Source: an uncultured Thermoplasmata archaeon (lineage in GTDB: Archaea; Thermoplasmatota; Thermoplasmata; RBG-16-68-12). From it: a DNA stretch of 64,000 bases. The DNA lies in assembly GCA_963768855.1 (NCBI GenBank), contig CAVYJM010000006.1:992001-1056000 (forward strand). The letters are read 5' to 3'. The position numbers were made by a program, and so were the translations under genes. The notes under the pieces are model-generated. The model had not been told where the DNA came from, did no database searches, and worked only from the letters and a program-made list of their open reading frames with translations. Shown in pieces: positions 19,037-29,143 of this stretch (position 1 is its first letter; every line of letters starts with the position of its first letter).

Positions 19037-21610
19037 ATGACCGATTTCATCGAGACGTGTCGAGGCCAGAGGATGGGCGCGTTCGCGGACCGGATGTTCG
19101 CGCCCTCGGAAGCGCCGGAGCAGTGGGCACGCGAGCGGACGTTCCAGCTCCTGCACATGCGACTGGATATCACCGTCGACGACGACGCGAAGACCGTGAA
19201 GGGCACCGCGACGCACCGGCTCGCGGCGATCAACGACGGCCTGAAGGAGGTCGTCCTGGACCAGGATGCGCTGAACATCCGCGGGGTGAAGGACGAGGAC
19301 GGCAGGGCCCTCGAGTTCGAGCTCGTCGGGGAGCAACTGCGAATCTGGCTGCCCCGCGCGCGGAAGACCGGGGACGCCTTCGAGCTGCGCGTCCGCTACG
19401 AGTGCTCGCCAAAGAAGGGTCTCTTCTTCGTTTCGCCGGACAAGGCCTACCCGGACAAGCCGCGGATCGTCTGGACCCAGGGCGAGGAGATGGACAACCG
19501 CTCGTGGTACCCGTCCTACGACTATCCCAACCAGAAGTTCACGACGGAGATCGTGGTCACCGTCAAGGACAGGTACCGCGCCGTCGCGAACGGCCACTTG
19601 GTCTCCGAGAAGCACGACCCGAAGAAGCACACGCGGACGTTCCACTGGCTCCAGGACAAGCCCCATCCCAACTACCTTGTCGCCCTGGTCATCGGCGAGT
19701 GGGACAGCAAGGAGTGGGACGCGGACGGCGTCCCGGTGCAGGCGTACGTCCCCAAGGGCTACGGGAAGTACCTCGACCTCTGCTTCTCCCGCGTCCCGCA
19801 CATGGTGAAGTTCTTCGGCCGGGTGACGGGGCTGAAGTATCCGTGGGACAAGTACGCCCAGGCGTGCGTGCCCGACTTCACGTTCGGCGGGATGGAGAAC
19901 ACGTCCCTGACGATCCTCTACGAGTATTGCCTGACGGACGAACACGCCTACCCGGACTACTCCTCGGACTCGCTCCTGAGCCACGAGCTCGCGCACCAGT
20001 GGTTCGGCGACTGGCTCACGTGCAAGAGCTGGGGCCACCTCTGGCTCAACGAGTCCTTCGCGGATTACTTCGAGTGTCTGTGGTGGGAGGACTACTACGG
20101 GAAGGACGACTTCATCGCCCACCTCGAGGAGATCCGCGAGGGCTACTTCGAGGAGGCGGAGAAGGCGTACAAGCGGCCGATCGTCACGCACCGGTTCGTC
20201 GACGCGGAGGACATGCTCGACGGGCACACGTACAACAAGGGATGCGGCGTGCTCCACATGCTGCGCACCGTCCTCGGGGACGACCTCTGGTGGAAGGGGA
20301 TCCGCCACTACGTGAAGAAGCACGGCCTGCAGAACGTTGAGACCCCGGACTTCCGCGTCGCCCTCGAGGAAGCGACCGGGAAGAGCCTGTCGTGGTTCTT
20401 CGAGGAGTGGGCGCTCAAGGCCGGCCACCCGGAGTACGAGGTCACCTGGTCCTACGACGAGAAGGCGAGGCAGGTCGAGCTCAAGGTCAAGCAGACGCAC
20501 GAGGTCAAGGGCGACATCCCGCTCTTCTCCATGCCCGTGACGCTCGAGCTGGCGACGGACGACCGCGTGTGGCGGGAGACCCTGCAGGTCGAAAAGGCGG
20601 AGCACACGTTCCGCATCTCCTCCCCGAGGCGCCCGAGGATGGTCCTCTTCGATCCAGATGGGGCGCTGCTCAAGAAGCTCACGTTCAAGAAGGAAAAGGA
20701 CGAGCTGCTGTGGCAGGTCGCCCACGCCCAGGGCGTCTGGGCGCGGATGGAGGCGTGCGAGGGCCTCGGCCGCTTCGTCGGCGACGCGGAGGCAACCGCG
20801 GCGCTCGAGAAGACGCTGACGAAGGACAAGTTCTGGAGCGTGCGGCGCGCGGCAGCGTACGGCCTCGGCGAGATCGGCACGACGTCCGCGCGGGACATCC
20901 TGCTCGGCGCCCTGAAGGGGCAGGACAGCCGCGTCCGGCGCGGGGTCTACCGCGCCCTCGGCAAGTTCCGCAAGGATGACGTCGCGTTCAAGGCACTCGC
21001 GAAAGCGTACATGGAGGACGGCATCTACGCGGCGATGGGCACCGCCGCCCTCGCGATGGCGGACACCCGCCACGACGGCGCCTTCGATGCGATCGTGAAG
21101 GGGATGGACCGCCCCTCCCAGGCGCAGATCATCTCCCGCAACGCGGCGATGGCGCTCGCCAACCTCCGGTCGGAGAAGGGCATCGAGATCCTGGTGCAGC
21201 GCACCGCATACGGTCTACCAGAGCTCCGTCGATCCGGTGCGGCGATCGCCTTGGGGAAGCTCGGGTACTTCCATGAGAAGCGCCACGACGAGGTGCTCGA
21301 TGAGCTGGCGGCCCTCGTCAAGGATTCCAACTACCGGACGAAGCTCGGAGCCGTCGACGGCATGGCGGAGCTGGGATACAAGAAGGCCATCCAGGAACTC
21401 GAGAAGGTGGAGGACACGTCCGTCCTGGGCAACCTCCGCCGGAACGCGCGCCGCGCAGTCGGCGAGATCCGGGAGAAGCACGCAGAGAGCGCGAAGCGGC
21501 TCGAGCAGCAGGGCGAGCTCGACAAGCTGAAGGACGAGAACAAGGAGCTCAGGACCCGGGTGGCGACGGTCGAAGCGAAGCTCGATGCGCTGGTGAAGCG
21601 GAAGCGGTAG
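19037..21610 (+). CDS. pepN: M1 aminopeptidase N with HEAT-like repeats and C-terminal coiled coil
   Basis: GGMEN and HELAHQWFG...LNES (HExxH-x18-E). Confidence 0.95.
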   Translation: MTDFIETCRGQRMGAFADRMFAPSEAPEQWARERTFQLLHMRLDITVDDDAKTVKGTATHRLAAINDGLKEVVLDQDALNIRGVKDEDGRALEFELVGEQLRIWLPRARKTGDAFELRVRYECSPKKGLFFVSPDKAYPDKPRIVWTQGEEMDNRSWYPSYDYPNQKFTTEIVVTVKDRYRAVANGHLVSEKHDPKKHTRTFHWLQDKPHPNYLVALVIGEWDSKEWDADGVPVQAYVPKGYGKYLDLCFSRVPHMVKFFGRVTGLKYPWDKYAQACVPDFTFGGMENTSLTILYEYCLTDEHAYPDYSSDSLLSHELAHQWFGDWLTCKSWGHLWLNESFADYFECLWWEDYYGKDDFIAHLEEIREGYFEEAEKAYKRPIVTHRFVDAEDMLDGHTYNKGCGVLHMLRTVLGDDLWWKGIRHYVKKHGLQNVETPDFRVALEEATGKSLSWFFEEWALKAGHPEYEVTWSYDEKARQVELKVKQTHEVKGDIPLFSMPVTLELATDDRVWRETLQVEKAEHTFRISSPRRPRMVLFDPDGALLKKLTFKKEKDELLWQVAHAQGVWARMEACEGLGRFVGDAEATAALEKTLTKDKFWSVRRAAAYGLGEIGTTSARDILLGALKGQDSRVRRGVYRALGKFRKDDVAFKALAKAYMEDGIYAAMGTAALAMADTRHDGAFDAIVKGMDRPSQAQIISRNAAMALANLRSEKGIEILVQRTAYGLPELRRSGAAIALGKLGYFHEKRHDEVLDELAALVKDSNYRTKLGAVDGMAELGYKKAIQELEKVEDTSVLGNLRRNARRAVGEIREKHAESAKRLEQQGELDKLKDENKELRTRVATVEAKLDALVKRKR

Positions 21611-21720
21611 GCCCATCTCGTGGGGCGGGCCGGCCTCGGGCGAATGCGCAAGGGTCATGCCGCCCCGCGGAATCCGGGCCCTCGGCGCTTGCTGCTGGCC
21701 CTGGGAGACGCGGCGGCGAG

Positions 21721-21978
21721 ATGCCAATTGGTGCCGTGATGCTCTCGCTCTCGCCGGATCCGCGCTCCGCCGCGCCCACACGTGAGGGGGCGTCTCCGCT
21801 GCCGGAGTCCGTCCCCACGGAGGAGGCCGCCGCCTCGGACCGGGAGGTCGAGGAGAACGGGACGCCTTACGCGGTCCCGCCGATTGAGAAGGGGTGGGGG
21901 CTCAAGCTCGCGGTCCTCCTCGTGGTCGCGGTGCTCTGCATCGCGTTCGCGGGCCTGGTCTGGGCCCTGATCATCTGA
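21721..21978 (+). CDS. Small protein with C-terminal TM helix
   Basis: Acidic N-terminus, then LAVLLVVAVLCIAFAGLVWALII. Confidence 0.6.
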   Translation: MPIGAVMLSLSPDPRSAAPTREGASPLPESVPTEEAAASDREVEENGTPYAVPPIEKGWGLKLAVLLVVAVLCIAFAGLVWALII

Positions 21979-22062
21979 GCGGGGGCTTCGCGCGGACCGG
22001 GCGCGGTTCGCCCGACTCCCGCGAAACCTTTTTCCTGCTCGGAAGGTTCGAGGGCGTCGAAC

Positions 22063-22563
22063 ATGGACGACGTCCGCGTCAACCGGAAGGTGAAACCGGG
22101 TCTCTACCCGATCCTGGACGTGTTCCCCGGGCTGGACCGATCCAAGGCCTTCCAGGTGCTGTTCTCGGACGGCCTGCGGGCGAGAATCCTCCGGGAGTGC
22201 AAGATCGACGTGGTCGCGGAGGACACGTACATGTACATCGATGACGGACCCGGCAACGTGTGCGCCGGCCTGTCGTACCTGCGGACCGGGGACGAGCGCA
22301 TCCTGTACCTGGACATCCTCCACGAGCTCACCCACGTCCGCCAGTGGCACGCGGGGAGGGAGCTGTGGGACCGCCGCTACAGCTACGTCGACCGCCCGAC
22401 CGAGATCGAGGCCTACGAGGTCGCGGTCTTGGAGGCCCGCCGCCTCGGGATGACGGACGGCGAGATCGCGGACTACCTTCGCGTGGAGTGGACGAGCCAC
22501 GAGGAGCACGAGCGCCTCTGCAAGCGGCTGGGCGTCCGGGTCCCCGAGTCGCGCGCCTACTAG
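22063..22563 (+). CDS. Hypothetical zincin-like HExxH protein
   Basis: ILHELTHVRQW followed by EIEAY. Confidence 0.75.
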   Translation: MDDVRVNRKVKPGLYPILDVFPGLDRSKAFQVLFSDGLRARILRECKIDVVAEDTYMYIDDGPGNVCAGLSYLRTGDERILYLDILHELTHVRQWHAGRELWDRRYSYVDRPTEIEAYEVAVLEARRLGMTDGEIADYLRVEWTSHEEHERLCKRLGVRVPESRAY

Positions 22564-22605
22564 CGGGCAAAGGTCTCAAATCGTCGACGGCCATTCGCCG
22601 CACGG

Positions 22606-22941
22606 ATGGCCCAGATCGCCGTGGACGATTTCCAGAAGGTCGAGATGCGGATCGGGCGAATCGTGGACGTGACGGACTTCCCCGAGGCCCGCAAGCCCTC
22701 GTACCGCTTGACGATCGACTTCGGCCCCCTGGGGACGAAGCGGTCCTCGGCGGCCGTGCAGCCCTGGTACTCCAAGGAGGAACTCCTCGGGCGAGCGGTC
22801 GTGGCGGTTACGAACTTCCCACCCCGCCAGGTCGGCCCCTTCCTGTCGGAGGTCCTGTGCCTCGGGGCCGTGGAATCGGATGGCCGCGTGATCCTCCTCC
22901 GCCCGGATCAGGAGGGAGAGCTTGGCGCTCGGATCGCCTGA
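22606..22941 (+). CDS. csaA: CsaA-type tRNA-binding/chaperone protein
   Basis: DDFQKVEMRIG, IDFGPLG, VTNFPPRQ, SEVLCLG. Confidence 0.93.
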   Translation: MAQIAVDDFQKVEMRIGRIVDVTDFPEARKPSYRLTIDFGPLGTKRSSAAVQPWYSKEELLGRAVVAVTNFPPRQVGPFLSEVLCLGAVESDGRVILLRPDQEGELGARIA

Positions 22942-22960
22942 CCGCGGCAAGGAGTTCCTC

Positions 22961-23416
22961 GTGAGGAGCTGTGCGATCCTCATCCATTCCGATCGCGTCC
23001 TTATGCAGGAGGCGGGCGACGGTCGCGGCGGACAGCAGTACGCCCTCCCGGGAGGCCACCTGGAGTTCGGCGAGACGCTCGCGCTCTGCATGTCCCGCGA
23101 GCTCTACGAGGAAACGGGGCTGAACGTCGAGGCGGACAAGCTCGTCTACGTCCACGAGAACTTCTACACGCTCAAGGGGATCGAGACCCACGAGATCGGA
23201 TTCTACTTCCTCGTGGACCTCTCCTCGGAGTTCCCGACGCCCGATTCGCAAGGCTACATCCCGTCCCGCGAGTCGCACATCCGGATGCGGCTCCTACCGC
23301 TCGCGAAGCTCCGGGAGTTCGCGGTCGTGCCGCCGTTCCTGCTCGACTGTCTCCCGCAGGACGCGCGGGAGTTGTTCGTACAGCCGACCCGCCATCTCAT
23401 CGAGCAGAGGGCGTGA
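22961..23416 (+). CDS. NUDIX hydrolase
   Basis: PGGHLEFGETLALCMSRELYEETG Nudix box. Alternative start TTG 22922. Confidence 0.9.
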   Translation: MRSCAILIHSDRVLMQEAGDGRGGQQYALPGGHLEFGETLALCMSRELYEETGLNVEADKLVYVHENFYTLKGIETHEIGFYFLVDLSSEFPTPDSQGYIPSRESHIRMRLLPLAKLREFAVVPPFLLDCLPQDARELFVQPTRHLIEQRA

Positions 23417-23850
23417 GTTTGACCATCCGAATCCGCCGCTTGCGGCTCGCGGACTACTCCGCGATCATCGAGGTGCTCGAGGTCTGTGGGCTCCACCCCC
23501 GGGTGCGTGGTCGCGACAGCCGTCGGAACCTCGCGAAGCAGCTCCGGTCGCGGCAGACGTGCTATCTGGGCGCCTTCGACGGGCCGCGGCTCATCGGGAC
23601 GGTCTTCGGGACCCACGACACGCGGAAGGGCTGGATCAACCGCCTCGCGGTCCTCCCGGAATATCAGCACCGCGGGATCGCGTTGAAGCTCGTGCGCGCG
23701 TGCGAACGCGGGCTTCGGAAGCACGGGCTGGAGATGTTCGCGGCGCTCATCGACCAGGAGAACGCCGCCTCGCGGAGCCTGTTTTCCAAGCTCGGGTACA
23801 CGAGCTCGGACATCCTGTACTACCGCGCGAAGGATCACGAGGACGTCTAG
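23413..23850 (+). CDS. GNAT acetyltransferase (YpeA-like)
   Basis: GWINRLAVLPEYQHRGIA motif A. Confidence 0.9.
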   Translation: MSLTIRIRRLRLADYSAIIEVLEVCGLHPRVRGRDSRRNLAKQLRSRQTCYLGAFDGPRLIGTVFGTHDTRKGWINRLAVLPEYQHRGIALKLVRACERGLRKHGLEMFAALIDQENAASRSLFSKLGYTSSDILYYRAKDHEDV

Positions 23851-25034
23851 GAGATCACGGCGAGTTCCTTCCCGATCTTCTCGTACGCGGCGAGGGCGAA
23901 GTCGAGGTCCTTGCGCTTGAGGCCCGCGTTCACGATGTTGCGGATCCGGGCCTTGTCCTTGGCCACCATCGGGAACACGATCGGAAGGGCGAAGACCCCT
24001 TCCTCGTACAGGCGGTCGGAGAACTTCTTGGCCACGGACGACTCGCCCAGCATGACCGGGGTGATGGGAGTCTCGCTGTTCCCGATGTCGAACCCGAGCG
24101 AGACGAGGTGTTTCTTGAAATACTTCGTGTTCCTCCACAGGCGCTCGACCCACTTGGGCTCGGTCTCGAGCACGTCGATCGCGGCGATGCACGAGGCGAT
24201 CGTGGCGGGCGGGTGCGAGGCGCTGAGGAGCCAGGTGCGCGACTTGTTGAGGGCGAAGAGCCGGAGGTCGTTCGAGCCCGCGGCGTATCCGCCGACCACG
24301 CCAAGGGCTTTCGAGAACGTGCCCATCTCGATGTGGACCTTGTCCTCGACATGGAAGTGGTTCGCCGCGCCGCGGCCCCCCTCGCCGAGGACGCCCTCCC
24401 CATGGCTGTCGTCGATGTAGACCATCGCGCCGTACGGTTCCGCGGCCTTCGCGATCTGGTCGACCGGAGCGATGTCCCCATCCATGGAGAACACGCCGTC
24501 CGAGATGACGAGGATCCGCCGGGAGGCCCGGTCCGACTCGCGGAGGCAGTTCTCGAGCTCGGCCATGTCGCGGTGCTTGTAGATGAGCCGCTGCGCCTTC
24601 GTGAGCCGGCATCCGTCGATGATGCTCCCGTGGTTCAGCTCGTCCGTGATGATCGTGTCGCCCTCGCCGACGAGCTGGGGAATGAGACCCGCGTTCGTGG
24701 CGAAGCCGCTCATGTAGAACAGGGACGCGTCGCGGTGTTTGAACCGGGCGATTCGCCGCTCGAGCTCCTCGTGGAGGTCCATGGTCCCCGCGATGGGCCG
24801 CACGCTCCCGCTCCCCGCGCCGTACTCGCGGACGGCCTGGATCGCCGCGCGCTTCAGCTTCGGGTGGTTGGAGAGGTTCAGGTAGTTGTTCGAGCAGAGC
24901 ATGATGACGTCCTTGCCGCCGACGTTGCTGTGCGGGGCGGAAGGCCCTTTCAGGGTCCGAATCTTCCAGTCAAGGGACTGGGCCGCAAGCGCGTCGTACT
25001 CCTGCCGCAGGAATCCCGTGGGATCGCGTTGCAT
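23847..25034 (-). CDS. kbl: Glycine C-acetyltransferase (2-amino-3-ketobutyrate CoA ligase)
   Basis: CSNNYLNL, NHGSIIDG, DGVFSMDG, DDSHG, GTFSKALG; adjacent to tdh. Confidence 0.9.
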   Translation of the reverse strand: MQRDPTGFLRQEYDALAAQSLDWKIRTLKGPSAPHSNVGGKDVIMLCSNNYLNLSNHPKLKRAAIQAVREYGAGSGSVRPIAGTMDLHEELERRIARFKHRDASLFYMSGFATNAGLIPQLVGEGDTIITDELNHGSIIDGCRLTKAQRLIYKHRDMAELENCLRESDRASRRILVISDGVFSMDGDIAPVDQIAKAAEPYGAMVYIDDSHGEGVLGEGGRGAANHFHVEDKVHIEMGTFSKALGVVGGYAAGSNDLRLFALNKSRTWLLSASHPPATIASCIAAIDVLETEPKWVERLWRNTKYFKKHLVSLGFDIGNSETPITPVMLGESSVAKKFSDRLYEEGVFALPIVFPMVAKDKARIRNIVNAGLKRKDLDFALAAYEKIGKELAVIS

Positions 25035-25036
25035 CC

Positions 25037-26086
25037 TCACGCCTCCACTTCGAAGACGACCTTGCCACATTGCCTCGAGCGGACGACTTCGAGGGCGTTC
25101 TCGTACTCGTCCAGCGGGAAGCGGTGCGTGACGAGCGGCTTCAGGTCCACGTGCCCGGACCTCAGGATCCCGCCCATCTGGTACCAGGTCTGGAACATCC
25201 GCCGCCCCGTGATCCCGTACAGGGTCACGCCGCGCATGATCACGTCGTCACTGAGGTTCAGCGTCACGTGGTTCGAGTACAGCCCGAGAAGGTGGATGCC
25301 GCCTCCCGGGCGGACGACCTTGAGCGCCTGCTCGAGCGCGGGCGGGGCTCCGCTGAACTCGAGGACGTCGTGCACGCCGTCGCCAGCCGTGAGTTCAAGG
25401 ATTCGATCGACGGTCTTCGCGTCGGACTCGAGGACCACGTCGGCCCCGAGCCGCTTCGCGAGCTTCTTGCGGTACTCGTTCTTGTATTCGACCGCGATGA
25501 CCTGCGCGGGCGAGAGGGCCTTGGCGAGCGCGACCGCCATCAGGCCGATCGGACCCATCCCGAAGATCGCGATCGACTTGCCGGGCACATTCGCGTTCAT
25601 GACGACCTGGGTCGCGTTCCCCAGGGGATCTTGGACCGTCGCAACCTCGAGGGGGAGCTCGGGGTCGTTCTTCACGAGGTTCGACGCGGGAACCGCCACG
25701 TACTCCGCGAAGGCGCCATCCCGGTCGATGCCCATGATCCGCAGGTAACGGCACACGTGGGCCTGTCCGGTGCGGCACTCGTAGCACTGGCCGCAGGCGA
25801 TGTGGCCCTCGAAGCTGACGGGGTCGCCCGGAGCCACGGAGGTCACCTCGTCGCCGACCCGCTCGACCTCACCGGCCATCTCGTGCCCCTGGATGAGCGG
25901 CGGATGGATGCGGTGCTGGGACCAATCGTCCCAGTCGAAGATGTGGAGGTCCGTCCCGCAGATCGATGCGATCTTCACGCGGACGAGGGCCTCCGTGCGT
26001 CCGAACTTCGGCCGCGCCACGCGCTTGACCTCCGTCGCGCCCGGAGCCGCCCGAGCCTTCACCGCTGCCTTCATCGTGTCGGCCAT
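25037..26086 (-). CDS. tdh: L-threonine 3-dehydrogenase
   Basis: ICGTDLHI, GHEMAG, EGHIACGQCYEC, ITGRRMFQTW. Confidence 0.95.
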   Translation of the reverse strand: MADTMKAAVKARAAPGATEVKRVARPKFGRTEALVRVKIASICGTDLHIFDWDDWSQHRIHPPLIQGHEMAGEVERVGDEVTSVAPGDPVSFEGHIACGQCYECRTGQAHVCRYLRIMGIDRDGAFAEYVAVPASNLVKNDPELPLEVATVQDPLGNATQVVMNANVPGKSIAIFGMGPIGLMAVALAKALSPAQVIAVEYKNEYRKKLAKRLGADVVLESDAKTVDRILELTAGDGVHDVLEFSGAPPALEQALKVVRPGGGIHLLGLYSNHVTLNLSDDVIMRGVTLYGITGRRMFQTWYQMGGILRSGHVDLKPLVTHRFPLDEYENALEVVRSRQCGKVVFEVEA

Positions 26087-26132
26087 CGCAACCCCTCGGA
26101 GCCCCGCACCCCCGACGCGAAGAACGACTATT

Positions 26133-27272
26133 TCAATCCTTTATCGGGTGCAGTCTCGTCGTCCGGTACCCGATGAGCACGAACAGGTACTCCTTCCTGC
26201 GGATCTCCGCGTCGAGTGACTCGTCCCCCGTGTCCACGCGTAGCACGGGCGTGGCGGCCAGCTTCGCGGGCGTCGCGACCACGAGGAGGTTCCGCGAGCC
26301 GATCCCGCGGACGACCGCGGGGCTCACCTGCAGGTTCCCGCGGCCTAGGACGAATCCCTGGGCGCCGATCGGGCTGACCACGAGCTTGGCCTTCGGATAG
26401 CGGTTCAGCAGCCCGAGGATGCCCTTCTCGTCGAGGTCCTTCGCGACGACCTTGCCGCCCACCGCGGCGTCGATGCCGAGGAGCGTCTTCTCCATCTTCA
26501 GGCGGGCCGCGATGGACTCGATCGTGGATCCCGGCCCCAGGAGGAACAAGGTGTTCGGCTCCTCCTCGAACAGATCCCGGAAGTGCTCCGCGAGCTCGAG
26601 ACGGACGGACTCCTCGCTCATCTCCGCGAACATCATCTTGTCCGCCTGGACCAGGTTGGGTTCGACGAGGGTGCGGGCCGCGGCGTACATCCGGACCCGC
26701 CATTCTCCCGCCCGGTACGCCTCCTCATCGAGGTCCAGGATCTCGGAGTCTCCGACCCGGAGCTGGCCTCGAAGGAACGCCGCGAGGGCCTCCGCCGCGG
26801 CGCGCGGGTCCATGGCGAAGACCCCGGAGTGCATCTTCACGCCCGAGGGGATGCCGAGGATCGGAAGCGTCGCCTTCACGGCTTCCGCGACATCCCGCGC
26901 GGTGCCGTCTCCCCCGCAAAACACGATGAGCTCCGCGTGGGCGGCCGCGCACCCCGCCGCAGCGCCCCGGGTGTCCTCCGCGGTGGTCGGCGACGCCGGA
27001 GTATGGACGAACTCGATCTCGGCCGGTGCGATCTCAGCCGCCTCGAGGAGGGCTCCGCCCATCTCCCCCGGGCACGTGAGCCAGTGCACATCGAGCTCCG
27101 GGTCCTTGCGCTGCATCTTCCCGAAAGCGGAGAGGAAGAGGGCGGCGCGGCCCGCGGCCACGGGCTCCGCGCCGGCCAGGCGGGCCTGGTCCACCACATG
27201 GTCCGTTCCCTTCAGTCCGACGCGGCCGCCCATGCCCGCGATGGGATTCACGACGAAGCCGATGCGGCTCAC
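26133..27272 (-). CDS. ATP-NAD kinase family protein
   Basis: NPIAGMGGRVGLKGTD, GGDGTARD, GVKMHSG, GFVLGRGN. Confidence 0.9.
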   Translation of the reverse strand: MSRIGFVVNPIAGMGGRVGLKGTDHVVDQARLAGAEPVAAGRAALFLSAFGKMQRKDPELDVHWLTCPGEMGGALLEAAEIAPAEIEFVHTPASPTTAEDTRGAAAGCAAAHAELIVFCGGDGTARDVAEAVKATLPILGIPSGVKMHSGVFAMDPRAAAEALAAFLRGQLRVGDSEILDLDEEAYRAGEWRVRMYAAARTLVEPNLVQADKMMFAEMSEESVRLELAEHFRDLFEEEPNTLFLLGPGSTIESIAARLKMEKTLLGIDAAVGGKVVAKDLDEKGILGLLNRYPKAKLVVSPIGAQGFVLGRGNLQVSPAVVRGIGSRNLLVVATPAKLAATPVLRVDTGDESLDAEIRRKEYLFVLIGYRTTRLHPIKD

Positions 27273-28348
27273 GGTCGGGGGAGAGGTCCCGCGCTATTTG
27301 CGTCTTCCGCGGGCCGCCTCCGGGTGCGCCGCCATGCGCGGGCGAGTTCCTTCGGGGGCGCGACGGCGCGGAGGTGGACGAGGTATCCGAAAGCCGCAAT
27401 CGGGAGCAGCGGCCACAAGGCGGGGGCCAAGACCACGGCGACGGAGAGGCCTGCGGCGATCCCGAGCTGGATGATCCGGAGCTCGTTGCGGGTGATCGAG
27501 GCGAGACTGCGAAGGTCGGTGCGGGAATGGACGACGACCGCCACGAGCGTGAAACCGGCCCCGAGCAGGAACGCGGGGCTCACCGAAACCGCGAGGACCG
27601 CATAGATCGCCGCGGCGCCGGATGCGAGCCCCGTGGCGTACCACTGGGACCCGGCGGGGCCGAGCACGACGACGGTCGTCCGTTTCGGCGGGTTCGCTTG
27701 CGCGTCCGCGGGAGCGTCCTGGTAGTGATGCATCACCAGCATCGCGGTGCACACGAGGGCGTGGGCGGAGAGCGCGGCGACCGCCGTCCAGGAGAGAGTG
27801 AGCGCCTGGATCCCGTACGCCCCGAGACCCGCGAGGAGGACGCCGGGGAATCCACCGAGCCATTCGCCGAGGAGCGGCCGGTAGGCGGTGGCCACGGGCG
27901 GCGCGGTGTACGCGACGCCCAGGACGTACCCGGTTCCGATCAAGATCAGGAGCCAGGCTGCTCGGGCGAGCGCCACGTAGGCGGCAAGGATGCCGACCGC
28001 AATCGACGAGACCGCGAGGATGACCCAGAGGTCGCGCTCCCCGAGGAGCCCCAGGTTCCGTACCTTGCTTCCGCCGGACAGGGCTCTCGGCCGCCCGTCG
28101 CGGTCCGTGCCGCTCCGCCAGTCGAAGATCTCGTTGACCGCGTGGGTCACCCATCCCTGGGCGAGCCCGGCGAGGACCATCGCCACCAAGAGGAGCCACG
28201 GGTCGAACGTGCCTCGCTCGGAAATGGCCAGCGCCGTGCCGAGGGCGACCGAGGTGAAGGACCAGAGGAGCACGGGAATCAGCCGGAACTCGAGGAACCA
28301 GCCGAGCAACCGCGCGCTCAATGAACGGAACTGTGCGTTTTCGGACAA
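27269..28348 (-). CDS. UbiA-family prenyltransferase (MenA-like)
   Basis: NEIFDWRSGTD and HYQD...D...KRT motifs, multiple TM helices. Confidence 0.85.
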   Translation of the reverse strand: MSENAQFRSLSARLLGWFLEFRLIPVLLWSFTSVALGTALAISERGTFDPWLLLVAMVLAGLAQGWVTHAVNEIFDWRSGTDRDGRPRALSGGSKVRNLGLLGERDLWVILAVSSIAVGILAAYVALARAAWLLILIGTGYVLGVAYTAPPVATAYRPLLGEWLGGFPGVLLAGLGAYGIQALTLSWTAVAALSAHALVCTAMLVMHHYQDAPADAQANPPKRTTVVVLGPAGSQWYATGLASGAAAIYAVLAVSVSPAFLLGAGFTLVAVVVHSRTDLRSLASITRNELRIIQLGIAAGLSVAVVLAPALWPLLPIAAFGYLVHLRAVAPPKELARAWRRTRRRPAEDANSAGPLPRP

Positions 28349-28355
28349 CCGAATG

Positions 28356-28369
28356 ACTATTGCGATAGT
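28356..28369. promoter_or_regulatory. Palindrome ACTAT-N4-ATAGT in the divergent prenyltransferase/wHTH promoter
   Basis: Perfect 5-bp inverted repeat followed by TAATATTA in an AT-rich gap. Confidence 0.4.
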
Positions 28370-28400
28370 AATATTAGAGACTTATGTGTTGAGGGTGCCG

Positions 28401-28784
28401 ATGATTGCGCCGCAGGGACAGGTCACCGTGCGAGCTTGGGGCGGGTCGGTCCTCGACAAGCGACTGTGGTATCTCCTCGCCGGGACGCGGGGCGGACTCA
28501 ACCGCGGCCGGATCCTCCAGATCCTGCGGGAGCGGCCGCTCAACGCCAACGACCTCTCTGGGAGGCTCAACCTGGACTACAAGACCGTCCGGCACCACCT
28601 CGACGTGCTCCGGGAGAACGACTGCGTCATGACCCTGGGCAACGAGGGCTACGGGCTCCTCTACACGCTCTCGCCTCGCCTCCAGAGCCATTTCGAGGAC
28701 TTCGAGGAAATCTGGCGCCGCCTCGAGGCGCAGGCCGACTTAGGCAAAGAGCGAAATAGACTGGGGTCCATCGAATCGGCCTAG
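28401..28784 (+). CDS. ArsR-like winged-helix regulator
   Basis: LWYLLAGTRGG..R..I...L...P.NAN.L...L.LDYKTVRHHL, a known archaeal wHTH pattern. Confidence 0.88.
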   Translation: MIAPQGQVTVRAWGGSVLDKRLWYLLAGTRGGLNRGRILQILRERPLNANDLSGRLNLDYKTVRHHLDVLRENDCVMTLGNEGYGLLYTLSPRLQSHFEDFEEIWRRLEAQADLGKERNRLGSIESA

Positions 28785-28812
28785 GGATATCCTGGCACTC
28801 GGTTTTTTCTGG

Positions 28813-29085
28813 ATGCTGAGCATGGGCGCCGCCGCAATCAGCTCGGCGTTCCTCGTGGCCCTCCTCTTCGTCTACGTCAAGAACCACCGGCAGCTGCGCG
28901 CGCCATTCACGTTCGGCCTCGTCTTCTTCGCACTGCTCCTGCTGATTCAGAACCTCGGCTCGATCTACTTCGACTACATGATGTCCCAGGCCGGGATCGG
29001 CAGCGGCATCGCGATCCCGATGGCGGCCCTGGAGTTCGTCGAGCTCGTCGGGTTCGCGGCGTTGTTCGTGGTCACCTGGCACTGA
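28813..29085 (+). CDS. Small three-TM membrane protein
   Basis: Three hydrophobic segments; follows the wHTH gene. Confidence 0.75.
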   Translation: MLSMGAAAISSAFLVALLFVYVKNHRQLRAPFTFGLVFFALLLLIQNLGSIYFDYMMSQAGIGSGIAIPMAALEFVELVGFAALFVVTWH

Positions 29086-29143
29086 GGCCTGCGAGCGACG
29101 CGGTAATAAAGGTCCGTTGCTTAGCGGGGCGCGAGGCAGCATC

